The notes beneath the pieces are model-generated. The model had not been told where the DNA came from, made no database searches, and worked only from the letters and a program-made list of their open reading frames with translations. This document shows positions 36,692 to 49,842 of a stretch of DNA of 64,000 bases, piece after piece (positions within the stretch are counted from its first letter, which is position 1; each line of letters begins with the position of its first letter). This stretch comes from Amphiscolops sp. MND2022 (Eukaryota), in assembly GCA_964187785.1 (NCBI GenBank), contig OZ076409.1:79176001-79240000 (forward strand), in the 5' to 3' direction. The position numbers and the translations under genes are program-made.

Positions 36692-38132
36692 TGTGATAAT
36701 CCTCCTCATCGGATTCTTCGTTAAACATAACTGTTGCATCTAATGTTGTATCATTTTGGTGTATAGGTTTAGCGGGATGCCTTAAATCTCTCATTTCTGA
36801 GGCTTTGAGGGGGATATCTTCGTTTTCAGAGTCTATACTTTCGTTATCAGATGCGTTTACTCCCATAGACCTTTTACCCTTGGATCCCGATGGTTGCTTG
36901 TTTTCTATTTCATTCATCTCTGATCTAGGATTGATTGTCATAGATGTGCTTTTACTGGTTTTTATCTCCATCAGAATCGCATCTAATTTGTTCTCCATTT
37001 CTTCTCTCATTTTAGTGATTCTATCGTTGTTTTTCTGTTCAAAAATCTCAGTCCAAGCTTGAATTTCATTACTGACTTGGCTGGGTTCGACTAGTCTGGG
37101 TCTCAAAGCAGTTTCACCTAAACTTTCTTGACTTTGTAAATTAACATTAGTTAAAGTTTCATTACCTTGACTTGGAGTTTCTATGCGTACTTCGCCTGCC
37201 TCTCTCTCTGAGGACAGAGTTTCTAACCTTCTGGACCTTCGATTTCTTCTATTTCCCATCTTGCTCGAGAGGAAAATTGGGTTGAGGTGCAGAAAGAATT
37301 TGAATTTATTCTTCAATGTTGTGAAAACAATTCAGGTGAAACAAAGAGTTATCAAGGAAACTGCTTTTACAGTGTTTGGGTTTACTGTTACAGAGCAACT
37401 GTCTTTGGTACCAGTTATATTTCAACTGAAGTAAACTGCACTTTTACAAATGAAAAAATCACAAAGCATGACACTCAATTTTAGGGTTGTCATCAATCCA
37501 AAAATACTATAAATAGACTTACGTCAGGGTGACGTAATTCTATTTATAACTTACAAATAGTAATTGCATGACTTCCAGTAATCTAACTATGCTAAAGCAA
37601 CAAGTCCCTGGGAAACCGCTGAATGCCGCACATACGTCATTCGGTTTTCCGCATAGTGACGTATGATCAAAGCTTATTAAAAGCACCAATAAAACATGTT
37701 ATAAGTTAGAATCCGCATGGTACCGCATATGCGTTACCCGGATTACCGCATAATGACGCATACTCATCGTTACTAAACTCACACAGTAAAGTGTCAATGG
37801 CTTTATGTTCACAAAATTAGTTCAGAAAAGACGTCACGTTATTCTAGCTCCGAAGTTAATGAGTGCATATGTTCATTCATGTCAACAAAATGAAAGCATC
37901 AATGTTTAAGGCATTTGTCAAAACATAAACATCAAACAATAAGATTAAAGAGTTTGCATGACATTTTCAAGGTATCAACTGAAAGTTAAATCAACATAAA
38001 TAACAAAAGGAAGTTAAGAGTGTTTAAGAGTTTCAAGTCCTCGAGTTGTTTTAGGGTTCTTTTGGAGATGACTAAGTATTCTCGTTTAGGGTTGTTGCCC
38101 AACAGCTCCAGCACAACTGTGGGGTTGTGACA
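36692..38132 (-). repeat. 3' LTR of B
   Basis: Near-identical to 50954-52394 (about a dozen substitutions by eye). Confidence 0.95.
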
Positions 38133-39135
38133 GTCCTGCACTTTTAAACGAGAATAGAGCAGCTTCAAAACCATCTATGAAAGCACGGGATCTTACTCCA
38201 CGGTCCCTTACTCTCTCGGTGTCGTAGGCGGTTGCCATTAAATATTCGCCCAAAATTTCCAATGCTATTTGATCGTAGCACTTCCCGCACCAATCGCAAA
38301 AGCCAGCTACATTTGGCATCACGGTGGGGAACAATCTGTGCATCTGTCTTTCACTAGTTGGGATAAGTAGCAAATTGGTACTATGTCCCACATGAAAAGG
38401 CAAATTAAATACCTGCTGGTTATTGACCACTTGGGCTTGCTGATGCATATCCATTCTTCCACTATTTGGAGGTATCTGTATCATCAATGGGGCGTTGTTG
38501 TAGACTACCATATTGTCCACTGGAGTAGGGGCTGTCATTTCCTGTTGGTTATAGTTACTCGGGTAGACTGTTTGATGATGGTTATTGAAGATATTGGGTT
38601 GTAGCATTTGGAAATGGCTTGCATTAGCCACGAAATTCGGAGGGTAGGTTGCAGTTGGCCTGTCCACTGGTACGCTCCTTTGAGGATTGTCCCGGGGCGT
38701 TGGTAAAATAGCTGCTGTTGGTCTCCCATAGCTGTTTGTCGATCTTTCCTCCCTAGCTTGGGGTTCCCAAGGTGACATAGGGGAATCTTCTAGTTCAGTG
38801 TCAATGAATGAGGTGGATAGGGATTCGTATATATGTTGATCTTCTTCCATCAAGTCCACTAACTGGCGCTCAATTCTTGTTCCAGAAATGTCGATTACTT
38901 CGTCTTCTCTTGATCCACTTGCTGAAGTAGGAAAAAGGGAAGCTGTCGCCGCTCCCATAAAGGCGGTCATGACATCAGATCGGGGGCCGCCAGGCCTAAA
39001 TCGATCTTCTAACTCCGACACGTCCCCAGGGTGGACAATAAATTCATCTCCAGAGTCACTTGAGACGTCAATTATGACGGGGGACAGCAAAGGTAGCGCC
39101 AATTCTTCGTCACGATTGAATTGTAGATTCTCCAT
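38086..39135 (-). CDS. ORF3 of B (349 aa), CxxC domain, ends inside the 3' LTR
   Basis: Intact ORF. GFCDWCGK...RAFIDGFEAALF...SQPHSCAG aligns with A GCMVCGR...EAYENGLNAGAF...SQPAACDG. Confidence 0.75.
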   Translation of the reverse strand: MENLQFNRDEELALPLLSPVIIDVSSDSGDEFIVHPGDVSELEDRFRPGGPRSDVMTAFMGAATASLFPTSASGSREDEVIDISGTRIERQLVDLMEEDQHIYESLSTSFIDTELEDSPMSPWEPQAREERSTNSYGRPTAAILPTPRDNPQRSVPVDRPTATYPPNFVANASHFQMLQPNIFNNHHQTVYPSNYNQQEMTAPTPVDNMVVYNNAPLMIQIPPNSGRMDMHQQAQVVNNQQVFNLPFHVGHSTNLLLIPTSERQMHRLFPTVMPNVAGFCDWCGKCYDQIALEILGEYLMATAYDTERVRDRGVRSRAFIDGFEAALFSFKSAGLSQPHSCAGAVGQQP

Positions 39136-40619
39136 TGGTATCGTGTGATTAGATAGTTTTGAAGAATGAAAATTACGAGCTTTATTGTTTTGGATTATCT
39201 CGGTTGAGGTTTATTTCAGATGAGCTACTGCTTCTAGTTTTCTAATGAGACCTTATGATAGTTGTCCCATAAATCCCAGTTGTTTCCGGTGATTCCCGCG
39301 GAAATGCTGAGCGTCATGATTTCTATCTTATCTGATACCCTTATATGGGTTTTAAGGAAATATAGTCGGATATTTCAAAGAGATGAGTTTGATCTGTATC
39401 CATCAATGAGGTGTAAACAATTCGATTTCAAGTGTTTTCTCAGTTTCATCTTGTAATATTACACCTCTTGCTGCTCACTATCTCACTGAGATGATGATTT
39501 AAATGATTTATCAACAATTTTCTTCCTATTTAGGAAGGTAAATTAGGTTTACAGTGAAATAATTATTCATGTTGTTTTGAACAGGGTTAATTCATCCAAT
39601 ATTACATGACTGAATTGAGAGAAAATAATGAAAATGTTTCAGGAAAGAGTTTCAAACAGATGTATCAAAAATTAAAACATGAGTTCGTCTATCTAATACA
39701 TTCACACTTTCATCGGTCCTGCACTTAAAAAGTGCACCATGGAGTTATATCTTACAATTTTTCACTCATTTTAAATTTCTCAAAAGATTAACATATGACG
39801 TTGCCACATAACAAGTGCCATACATCCTGGTAAATTCAGTTTTCACATTTGAAGGTAAATTCGTGTTTCCGTACATCGAATACTGCTCATTGCCTAATAG
39901 TTTACTATTAGCTGAGAATAAGTTTGTTTTAATCACATGTACTGCACATCTTGCCACGTAGTATTATTTGACTTTGTGTAGTCAAGAATGAATACTATTA
40001 CGTCATCCTGTAGTTGGCCATCTCTTTTCTTCGCTGTTCGTTATTGTGTGTTATTCCGCATGATACCGCATACACGGCATACGTATCTCCGCATGATGGC
40101 GTATACTCGGCACCTGTAGTTCCGCATGATGACGCATAGTGTTTCACTCAGTATCCATAATTCCGCATAATGCCGTATATTGTATGTAATGCAGTGTATA
40201 TGCTGCGCATTTTCTCTATTCACTCTTGTTTGCAATAAGAGTGAATAATGCGTCACTTGTTGGTGTCAATTATGTAATCTCTCACTCTGGCAGTAGTGAT
40301 TGACATTTAATTGACCAATCAGATTCGAGCGCTATTTGATTCAAAGTTTGCTGTTTGGTAACATTTGCTTTTTGCCTGTAATTTATACGCCACGCCTTCT
40401 ATGCTTGCATATTTGAGTATCTTCTGCATTCTAATCTTCACCAGTCCTTTTGTATTTTTTGAGTAATTAGTCTCATAGTCAAAGTCTTTCTCATCAACTG
40501 CTACACTTTTCTAGAATTCCATACTCTTGTATTCCATTGCCGTCATTTAAAATTCGTTTCTTTATTGTTTGTGTGACAACGACACTGTATTTGCATCTGT
40601 ATTATCCCATATCCAATAA

Positions 40620-43600
40620 ATGGAGTCTGGTAGTCGAAGGAAATCACGCAAGGACCAGATTACGAGGCGACAAGCTGCATCGTGGGGGTTCAAATCTCCC
40701 ACTGAGACTTCTCCTGGTTAGTTCAAATTTGTTTTCGTTTTGATTCAGATCAGGGTTTATTTGATTGTGGGGTTTATCATGCAAAGCTGGCCAGGCTTGC
40801 AATCAAAAATAACCATTATATGATGGTTACGATTTTCAATTTTCGGTACCGGTTTTCTTCAAAACATATTTGTTTCGAGTTGATTTAAGGGCGGAAGTAG
40901 AGTGTTTCATTTCTTTCACCGCGTCCGATTCAGATTCAAACCAAACTACTTCCTGTGATTTATCTGCTTCCGCTTCCGCTTTTAGCAGTTAGTTGTTTGT
41001 TTTAGTTGAACTAGGAGCTACTCAGAAATCACCTTCCCGATCCCCGACGAAGATTTATACACCTCTTCAAGTTGCTGAGCCTGGTCAATGCAGTCGTTCT
41101 ACTCCTGATATTCTTCAACAAACTACGGCTGTAGAGGATAGTGACGGGATTGAACGCGTATCCTTGACTAATTTAGCTGAATATCCCAGCTTTGTACCGC
41201 TCCTGGTCCTTGATTCTACTGACGGGGAAGAGAATATTCCAACTGAGGAGATAGTACTGTCCGATCAAGAGACTCCAGATATGAGTGCCGCCAATTCACC
41301 ATTGCCTCAAACGCCCCCCGTTGTGACTGAGAAGCGAGAGCCAACTACTAATACTACCACTTCTCCCCGCTTTACTGAGTTTCTCCGAACCCTCCGAGGA
41401 ACTATTGTCCCTACAGGAGGACGCAAAAATGTGGGAGTAGATATCCCACTTTCATCTGATGTGGAAGAAGCGGAGCCTGAGGTTGATGGAACAAAAGAGT
41501 CTGCTGAACATGCGGAGAACAATGATTTGGAGGCAGATCTATCAACTGATTCTTTGAGTGGCCTCGGAGGAGAGACAGATGGTGAAATGGTCCAAAAAGT
41601 CACCATCACACAACGTGAAGCAATTGCCTTAACGAATGTGCTGGACAAGATTCCACGAACGGTAATGCGGCAAGACAATCAAGCTACAGTTGACAACATT
41701 ACTTTGACCGTAGTTGACAAGCCTTCCAACCCACCTGAACCAAATGTACAAGATGACGAACAAGGGGGTTCCGCTGAATTTCTTTCAGGGGACAGTAGAC
41801 CTAATCCGAGTCCTGACGATCGGCCAGTTCTGCGGGGTAAGAGGCGAAGGCCGAAATATTCGCTAACTACCGCCATGCTCAAGAAGCACCCTGTGGTGCA
41901 ATATTTCGCAACGGGCCCTCTCGACAGGAGCAAAAGCCCCTACAAATGGTGGTGTCGTGTCTGCAGGATTGAGCTGTCCCTAATGAGCAGGGGGGTGCTC
42001 GAGTTATTGTCACATTTTCGGACCGAGACTCATTTACTAAAGGAGCATCGGATTCGTCTCGAAACACCCGGGTTACCCCTGTTCGATCAGAATGAAAATG
42101 AATTGCATGGAGTGGGGTTACAAGAGGCCAAGAGAAGAGCCAGGGAGTCCCATCCCATCGCCCCCCAACTGGACAGTTGTCGTCTACTTGTGGGCCAGGA
42201 CAGGCTACCGGAATTCAGCTCAACCACGAACCCGAGTGAGAGCGTCCTCGCTCAAATTTGCATTCTGGAACACGGGCTACGTCATGGTGGGCATGTTGAC
42301 CTTCTACTTGGAATTTGGGAGGATATGACTCGGCTAACACCAGGGAGCAGCGCTCAGACAACTTCCCACAACTGGACCAAACATCGACTTTATGTAAGTA
42401 TTATTGCTCTCTAAAGTTTGCTTCGTATGATTTCTCTGTTTTCCAAAAGGTTGTCTTGTTTAGGCCATCATAACTTACATGTTCCGAGAACTGATGCATT
42501 ACTGTGTGGTTACAACTGGCATTACTGGAATCTGTTCATTGCCGTACCAGACTTCTTTTACTGCCAACTATCTTTACTTGAATTTCTGGTCGGGTAACAT
42601 CTATTATCAAGTATGTTTGGGGTCTGGACCACGAGGGATTCTTTTACCCAAAAAGATTCTCACTTTAATCTCCTCCTATCTGAGCCTATTCGAGAATCCG
42701 CCCAACTGCCTCAGCCTAATCAATTTCGATGAAAGACTCAGCACTAGTTTGAGTTCATCGCTCCCTGGAAGGAAGCGACCTATGATCGTAACTGCATTCG
42801 GTCCCACTGAATTGGAGAAGTGTCTTGCGATGCCCACATCCCGCATTCTAGAGAGACACGATTTCAGAACTATTCTCGATTTCTGTTGATGAAGTTAAGG
42901 ACTGCACTCGATCAAGAGTGGTTGCAATCCGTTCCAGTTCTCCATAAGGTATAATATTTCCCTCATTTTGTGTTCAAATGTATTTTTCATCAAGGTGTCC
43001 AATCTTTTCTGTTTTTGTAGTGTGTGTTGCAACTGTCGTATAATTTGGAAGAAGCATCATCACTCATCGCACTACTCTCAGCCAATTGGGACAAGGTGTT
43101 GGAACACCTAAACCGGATTTCACGTCTGCCAGCTTTTCGGTTCCATATGAGAGAGGTAATAACTTGTTTCGCCATCTTTCCTTTCTATTATTGTAGTTCT
43201 GTGAACTAATCTTCATGGATTGTTTTAGCCCAGCACACTAGATGAGTGCTTCAGGCTTGATACTGCCTACCTCGCCAGGCTGTTTGTCATTCGCTGCGTA
43301 CTGGATCATTGTTAGTATCAATTTATTCCACTAAGATGTTGCTCACTTGGTATAGAAAATTTCGCTTCCAAACCTCCGTTTCTTTGAATCTTTCCAATTT
43401 CTTCAGAGATCATTTTTTATAGGCGCACATTCTGTCTTTTTGTAACTCTTCTTCTTTTAGTGGTAATTAGAGCATTACCGCAGGATGACGGATATACGTC
43501 ACTTCAATTTCCGCGTAGTACCGCATATGCGGTATCTCTTTTTCCGTATAATGCCGCATAATCATCGTCAGAAATCCTGCCTTTTGCTTGATTTCAGCAT

Positions 43601-44746
43601 AATACCGCATTGAAATAGCTCGTTTTTACAATTAATGTATCTTCCGCGTATGAGATTACATAATCGTCTTGTCCTGTTTCAGATACTTCAGCCTTCTCTG
43701 AGACCGATTCAGGATATGGAGCTGGGTTCAGACTGTTCAACCAATTTGCTGTCTTCGTGTATAGTCAGCTCCAAAGTCTTTTGCCAGACAGCGTCCTAGG
43801 AAGCATCTCTGATTGGGATAATTACTTGAAATTGGACTTAACCCAGGCAGACCTCCCTTTCAAGAGTGCCGACGATTTCGTTTTGAACTCTGATTTCCAC
43901 CGACTTGTTACTTCAAGTAAACTACCAAGACCAAGCAAATTCATCGACCAGTCTATTGCTTTTTACAAAGCTTTCTGTCGCATTCTGTTACAACACAAAA
44001 TTGTCAAGTCCGATCTTATTCGAGGGCTCTCCTGCTTTGACTCTGTCATGGTTCTCGACGGAGGAGAGGATCGGTATATTTCCGCAATAGAGCAGCTAAC
44101 GAGTCACTTCGCATCGCATGGCAGCATAACAGCAAGCGATAAGACCAAAGCAATTAGTCAGTACAGGGCCCTGGTGGTCAAGTTTCGCTCTTCGCAAATC
44201 GATCGGACAGTGGATTGGTTTACATTCCTCTCTGGCCACTATGAACTGCATTGTCGACCAGAACTGCATCAAGTTTTCAAGTACGCTTGCCTCTGTCTTC
44301 CACCAATGGCGAAGTTTACTGTTCGTTTTGAGGTCCCCATACCAGAACTTGGCCCTGATGAGGAGGTATTTCAGTCCTGTGTAACCAGCATTCAGGTATC
44401 TTATGCGACGGTGCCTAATGTGAGCAGTCTGTTTCGTGATCCTCGATCCATTAATCGTGTCTTCCGCTTGATAGGGAAAGGCAAAGATTTGCTCAGCGAT
44501 CGCAAGTTCTCAGTGTGGAATTTCCTTAAAGGCAGTGGATTCCGCAGGACCAAATGGCAGACGAAGTTCGAGAATTCATATAAGAGTGTGGTTGCTAGGA
44601 GAGAAGAAGCGCTGCTTCCCGACGATTCTGATGTTCCTTCTGCTAGTCATTCATCTAGTAATGCTAGTTCACCGGCTTCACGAGCTTTAACTGGTAAAGT
44701 TACACTGTCAATGCCGCGCTGTGTCGATGAAAGGAAGGATGATTAA
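40620..44746 (+). CDS. Antisense spliced gene in B: zinc-finger + hAT-transposase-like protein (~1083 aa). Exons 40620-40716 (tentative), 41006-42393, 42464-42948, 43021-43155, 43229-43310, 43683-44746
   Basis: GT-AG introns in matching phases. WWCRVCRIELSL...LLSHFRTETH finger; LSCFDS; RPELHQVFKYACLCLPP. One 1-nt deletion near 42881. Confidence 0.8.
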
Positions 44747-44956
44747 CGGAGTAAGGGAAAAGGTGAAAAGACCAAGAAGAATTGATCTCATCCAATACTC
44801 CAAACTTTATGTTTTTCAACTGTTTATTTATAGTTTGTTTCTTTTCTGATGCGTTCTATTTATCTTTGTATTTATTGGCAAACGCAGCAGCGGAATACTG
44901 GGAGTATAAAACCAGTAATGAGAAGATGAGAGAATAGTTTTGACTGAAAGTTGTTT

Positions 44957-47900
44957 TTAATATCTGTATGTGTCAGAGTAATTTGGGTTGGGGTTAGGTC
45001 GTAAATTGTATCTATCACCACGGGTATTTATGGGTTGTTCTTGTGATGGGGTATTTTGTGGATTTTCTGGGGTTTTTTGGGTATCATCATCAAGTGAATT
45101 ATTTGCGTCTTTTTGGGTTTTTTGGGTACTTTGGTCATCTTCAATGATTTGTTGTGGTTTTTCATTTTCGTGGTTTTCATCCGGTTCAGTGGTCTGTTCC
45201 ACTGGGCTCCCCCCACTATTTTTTGAAGATCCTGGGGAGGGTGGGCGGTTTTCTTCAGGTATTTGAATTGGAATGTATTCTGTGTCTTCAGTATTTAATG
45301 AATATTCTGAAGGACCATCATCAAAAGGATTTGAACCAAAGTTCGTGTTCCATGATTGGGCATATAGGTCATCATTTGTTATAGGCATTTGGTCATCTTT
45401 TTGCCAATCAGTTTCTCGGACAAAAATGTCTGCTAAGGGCGCTTGCGGAGTGAATTTCCGTAGACGAATCCTGTGTAACAGTTGCGTTTTGTTAGTCCCG
45501 AGTCTCCGGACGATGTAGTTTTTGTTAGGGAGCACTTTTTCTACTTTATATGGCCCGCACCATCTGAATTCTCGGAATGGTATTTTCGTCGCTTGAGTAT
45601 CGGCTTTTGGGTTAAGAATGTAGCAGTAATCCGTTGTTTCGAGCGGAGCTGCTTTCGCTTTACGGTCATAGTAAGCTTTGTATTTGAGATATGATTGCAT
45701 GATGTTCTTTTTGGTTTGATCTAGAAGGATTTTCATGCGTTTTTGAATTTCTTCCGCTACATCTGCTTGCGGTTGGTATCTTGGGTTAGGATTGTATCCA
45801 AGTTTGTAGTCTAGGATATTGTGTGGTATCCTACCATGGAAGACTCGTGAATGTTCACAACCGAGTGATGCATGGTATGTGGTGTTGTGATTGAGGACTG
45901 CCAAGGGGAGGTATTTATGCCAGTTGTTCCTGAATTCGCCTGTTGCGGCTTTTAGGTGCATTTTCACTGATGCATGTGTTCTCTCAAGGAGTCCTATTGT
46001 TTGGGCATGTTTCATTGTTGCGTGTTTCATTTCAATTCCAAGTACTGCCGCAACTTCGTGAGTTACTTGTGCATTGAATTGAGTGCCTAAATCCGTGATT
46101 ATCGTTGTTGGAAGGTATGTATGTTTGCATAAGATGTCCATGATAACCCTTGATACTGCTGTTGCAGTAATACGAGTTACAGGGTAGGCAAACAAGTATT
46201 TTGAGAAGACGTCTATTGCTGTGATAATATGGTCATAGCCTCCACTAGGGGGAAGGTTTGGTAAAATGTCCATTTGCAAAATGTCTTCCGGACCGAGATC
46301 CCATTCCGGACAGTTAAGAAGTTCTGTCCTAAGGAGATCATTGTTGATGCGTTTCGTTTGGATGCAAATTTGGCAATTACTGACCCATTTACTGATGTAT
46401 TTTGCCATACATGGGTAGTAATATTTTTGTCTTGCTTCTTGAATCATTTTCGTAATTCCTGGATGGTTCGAATTATGGCCATGTAAGGCTTGAAGAAATT
46501 CGTCTAGGAGTTGGATTGGTAGGAGGATTTGGTAGTGAGATATAGTTCCAGTGTCGGTGTAATATTTTCGTGTGAGAACTTCCTGTTTAATTTCTATTCG
46601 TGTTATGTTTTGTAAGTAGTGCTGGTATCGGTAGTCTGACGCTAGTTCATTCTCGTCAAAAGGGTTTCCTTCGAGTTTTGCTCGGAGGTTTCTCAGGACT
46701 ATGTCGTTATTTTGCTCAAGGCGGATTCTTGCATTGTCCTTAAAGTATCCCGAAGAGCTGGAAATCAGACCTGATGCAGGTTTGTGGAATTGTTGTAGCT
46801 CGGAAACAGCATTTTCTGGATCATTGTGTGTTTCGGTTTGTGCTTGATTTCGAATGTTTTGCTTTTCTTCCCATAATTGATTTTCATCAATTTCATCATC
46901 TGGGAGGACATATATTTGTTCTTCTTCAACGATGCCAGTTGATTGAATGTTCACCTCAACCGCTTTCGTGTGAATGTCGTTGCGGATTGTGAGTTCCAGT
47001 TTTTCTGTTGGGTCGACTTCCGTTCTAGATAAGAAGTCGGCAGCAGTGTTCATTGTTCCGGCTACGTGGGCGATCACGAAATTGTATTGCAATACATAAT
47101 CGCAGGCATTCCAAAGTGCTGTAGGGATCATTTTTGTTTGGAAAAATCGGGTTACAGATCGATTGTCAGTAAACACGATTACTGGGAAGGTACTACCCCA
47201 CATGAGATGTCCGAATTCAACAAATGCAAAATATATTGACAGAAATTCCTTTGCATAAATTGACATTTTCGTCTGTGTAGGGTTGAATGTTTTTGAACCA
47301 AAGGCTATGGGTGCATATGTTTTGCGCTTTGATTGGAGCTTCTGGTTTGGGTCATCCTCTATCATGATAGCATATCCAGCTGCTGTGAAACTTGCATCGG
47401 ACATGACTATAAGTTGCTTGTTTTTCAGCGGTTGTTTTAGTGCTAACTGGCAAGAATTTTCTAGGAGTTTGTTGAGGTTCGTGAAGTCTTCTACCAAATT
47501 TGTCGGTACATAGAATTTGGAAGTTTCTTTGAGGAGTTTGAAGAACGGTGAGAGCCGTTCCGAAAGGCGTGGTATGTAATTTCGGTAATAGTTTAAAAAT
47601 CCGATATACCTCTGTAAGGCCTTTTTTGATTTCGGAAAGCGAAGCTTTGAGAGGAAGTCTCTTACTTTCTCGGCTTGAGGGGCAACTCCATCTGGTGTGA
47701 TTGTGCGTCCCAAGAAGTCGACCTGTTTCACTCCAAAGTGGCATTTTGACATGGAGAGTTTTAATCCTGCATTGCGTATGCATTCAAAGACAGTTCTGAT
47801 ATTGGTACACAGTTGTTTTGTGTTATTTGCCGCAATGCCAATGTCATCGACATAATGTGCACATTGGTCTGCTTTAATTGCTCTGTCCAGGTACTCTCTC

Positions 47901-49842
47901 ATAAAACTTGAAAAGGCAGAAAGTGATCTGCTGAGACCCTGGGCAAGGCGTCGATAAGCGAATGTTCTGCTGGCAAAGTTGAAGGCGAGCATTTGGATGG
48001 ATTGGTAATCCGCCATCTGCAAGCAGTGGTAAGCTTGGGAGCAGTCCAATTTGCAGAAAAGCTTTTTCCCTGCCATATGTTGGGCTGCATCTGATAAAGT
48101 GCTTACTGGGTGGTTGTTGTTGACGTAATCTTCGGTGATGAGGTTGTTGATTTTTCGTAGGTCAACAAGGAGTCTGAGGCGCCCGTTAGGTTTGCCTTGT
48201 GCAAATATTGGGCTTGCGTATTTAGAAAAAGGTAGTGTGGTAATGATGCCATACTTATGTAGAAGTGCGAGTTCCACTGTAATGTCATCTTTAAGATTGA
48301 TAGGGGTTGGCAAACTTTGGCTGTATGCAGGTCTGTCGTCGTTTGGCGTTAGTTTTACTTTGAATTCACGATTTATGCCAATGTCGAAACGGTGTCTGGC
48401 AAAAATATCATGAAATTCAATGAGGATCTCTTCAATTTCTTTCCGTTCGTCAGGACTGAGTGTTGTGTCGGTCCAGTCGAAGTTTGAAAGGAAAGCTTTT
48501 CTGGAATTTTCATTATCTTGTGGGTTTAATTTTTCAAGTTCTTTGAGTTCTAGGAGTTCTTTGTAGATTCGTTGTTGAATTGGAGTGTATGTTGCTGGGT
48601 CACCTGGTTCTTCAGGAGTAGGGAACCAGTATGTCTCCTGTTCTGAGTTCGTTTTTGGGACTTTGAGGAGTTCGTTTATGTAGACGTCCGTTGTTTCCTC
48701 ATGTTGTATCATGAAGGACAGTAACGCTGGGTCTACTGGCTGTATATGTTTGATTTGCTCTGGTGTCAGTATCTTGAAATCCGCTAGGTGGGTATCAAGG
48801 GTTATTGTATATGGTAAATCAGAGAAATTAATGATTTGGTATCCAATAGCATTATTGTTAACGGTACTGAGTGATGCAGTGATGAAGATGCTATCGTGGT
48901 TTTCAAACTGATGTGATGGGGTGACTATTCCAGTTGCGTCATGGTCTTTCAGATGGGGCATTCTGCTTGCAATTGCTAGGGTTTCGCCTGGTTGCAAGGT
49001 ATATGTATTTTCTGCAAACAATGGTGTTGCTTGTCGTATTGATGTTTGGGTGTCGGGTTTGAGCTGCATTGAAAGGTAGGGGAAGGCTGGATGCCTTGGG
49101 TGACATCAAAGATTGCGTTATTTCTACGGAGAAAACACAATCCAATTAACGGGTTTGGTAAGTTTTTCATAATGATGAAATTTTCCTTTAACATGAAGTC
49201 GGCCACTTCAAATTCAAGTAGAACAGTACCAATCGGGACTTCCAGTTGTCCATTGGCCACCATAATTTGAAAGTTTGGTGGGGGACCAGTTTCTTTGATT
49301 GCTTCGTTTGCTAGCAACTTGATTTTGTTGAGGTCTTGTTCGGAGATTGCACTTGTAAGGGCTCCTGTATCAATAAGACCATCGAGTGTGAGTTTTTCGA
49401 AGTCCATTGGAATGTAGTACATGTGGCGTTTTCGCTTCAATGTCAAGGAGGTTGAGATTGGTAGATATGACAAGTTTCGTTCTTTGTCAAATTGTATGTG
49501 TTCAGAGAGGTCTTCATTCAACAAGGGTTGTTTTTGATCATCACAAGAAGTTTTCATTGTGGCGTAGTTTTTGATGGGAGATTCGTGGTGAATTTCTAAG
49601 TTTGGGTCTGTTTTAGGGTGGGTTGGTTGTTTTGTGAAGTAGTTGTCTGGTGCATCTTGAAAGAGTTCATATAGTTCTTCTGGTGATGTTTCCAGGGTTG
49701 ATTGTTGAGAGTTTTGTGTTGTTGAGTTCGTGTCAAAAATTGGTGTTTTTGTAGGTTTTGGACTCAGTTGATGCTGCCAGTCATCGGCTGAGTTTGATTT
49801 TTGTGGTGATTTTGTGTAAAGGCGTGGCGTTTCTAGTTTAAA
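44957..49842 (-). CDS. pol: Pol of B (PR-RT-RNaseH-IN) with one frameshift near 49085
   Basis: LIDTGA, YVDD, SDAS, HHCC, DDE core, WCGPY motif. The -1 frame is open from the slippery site at 49836-49842. Confidence 0.93.

Noticed and set aside
38086..39135. env assignment for ORF3, or for ORF 56032-60348
   Set aside because: No signal peptide, furin/fusion-peptide motif or C-terminal transmembrane anchor evident.
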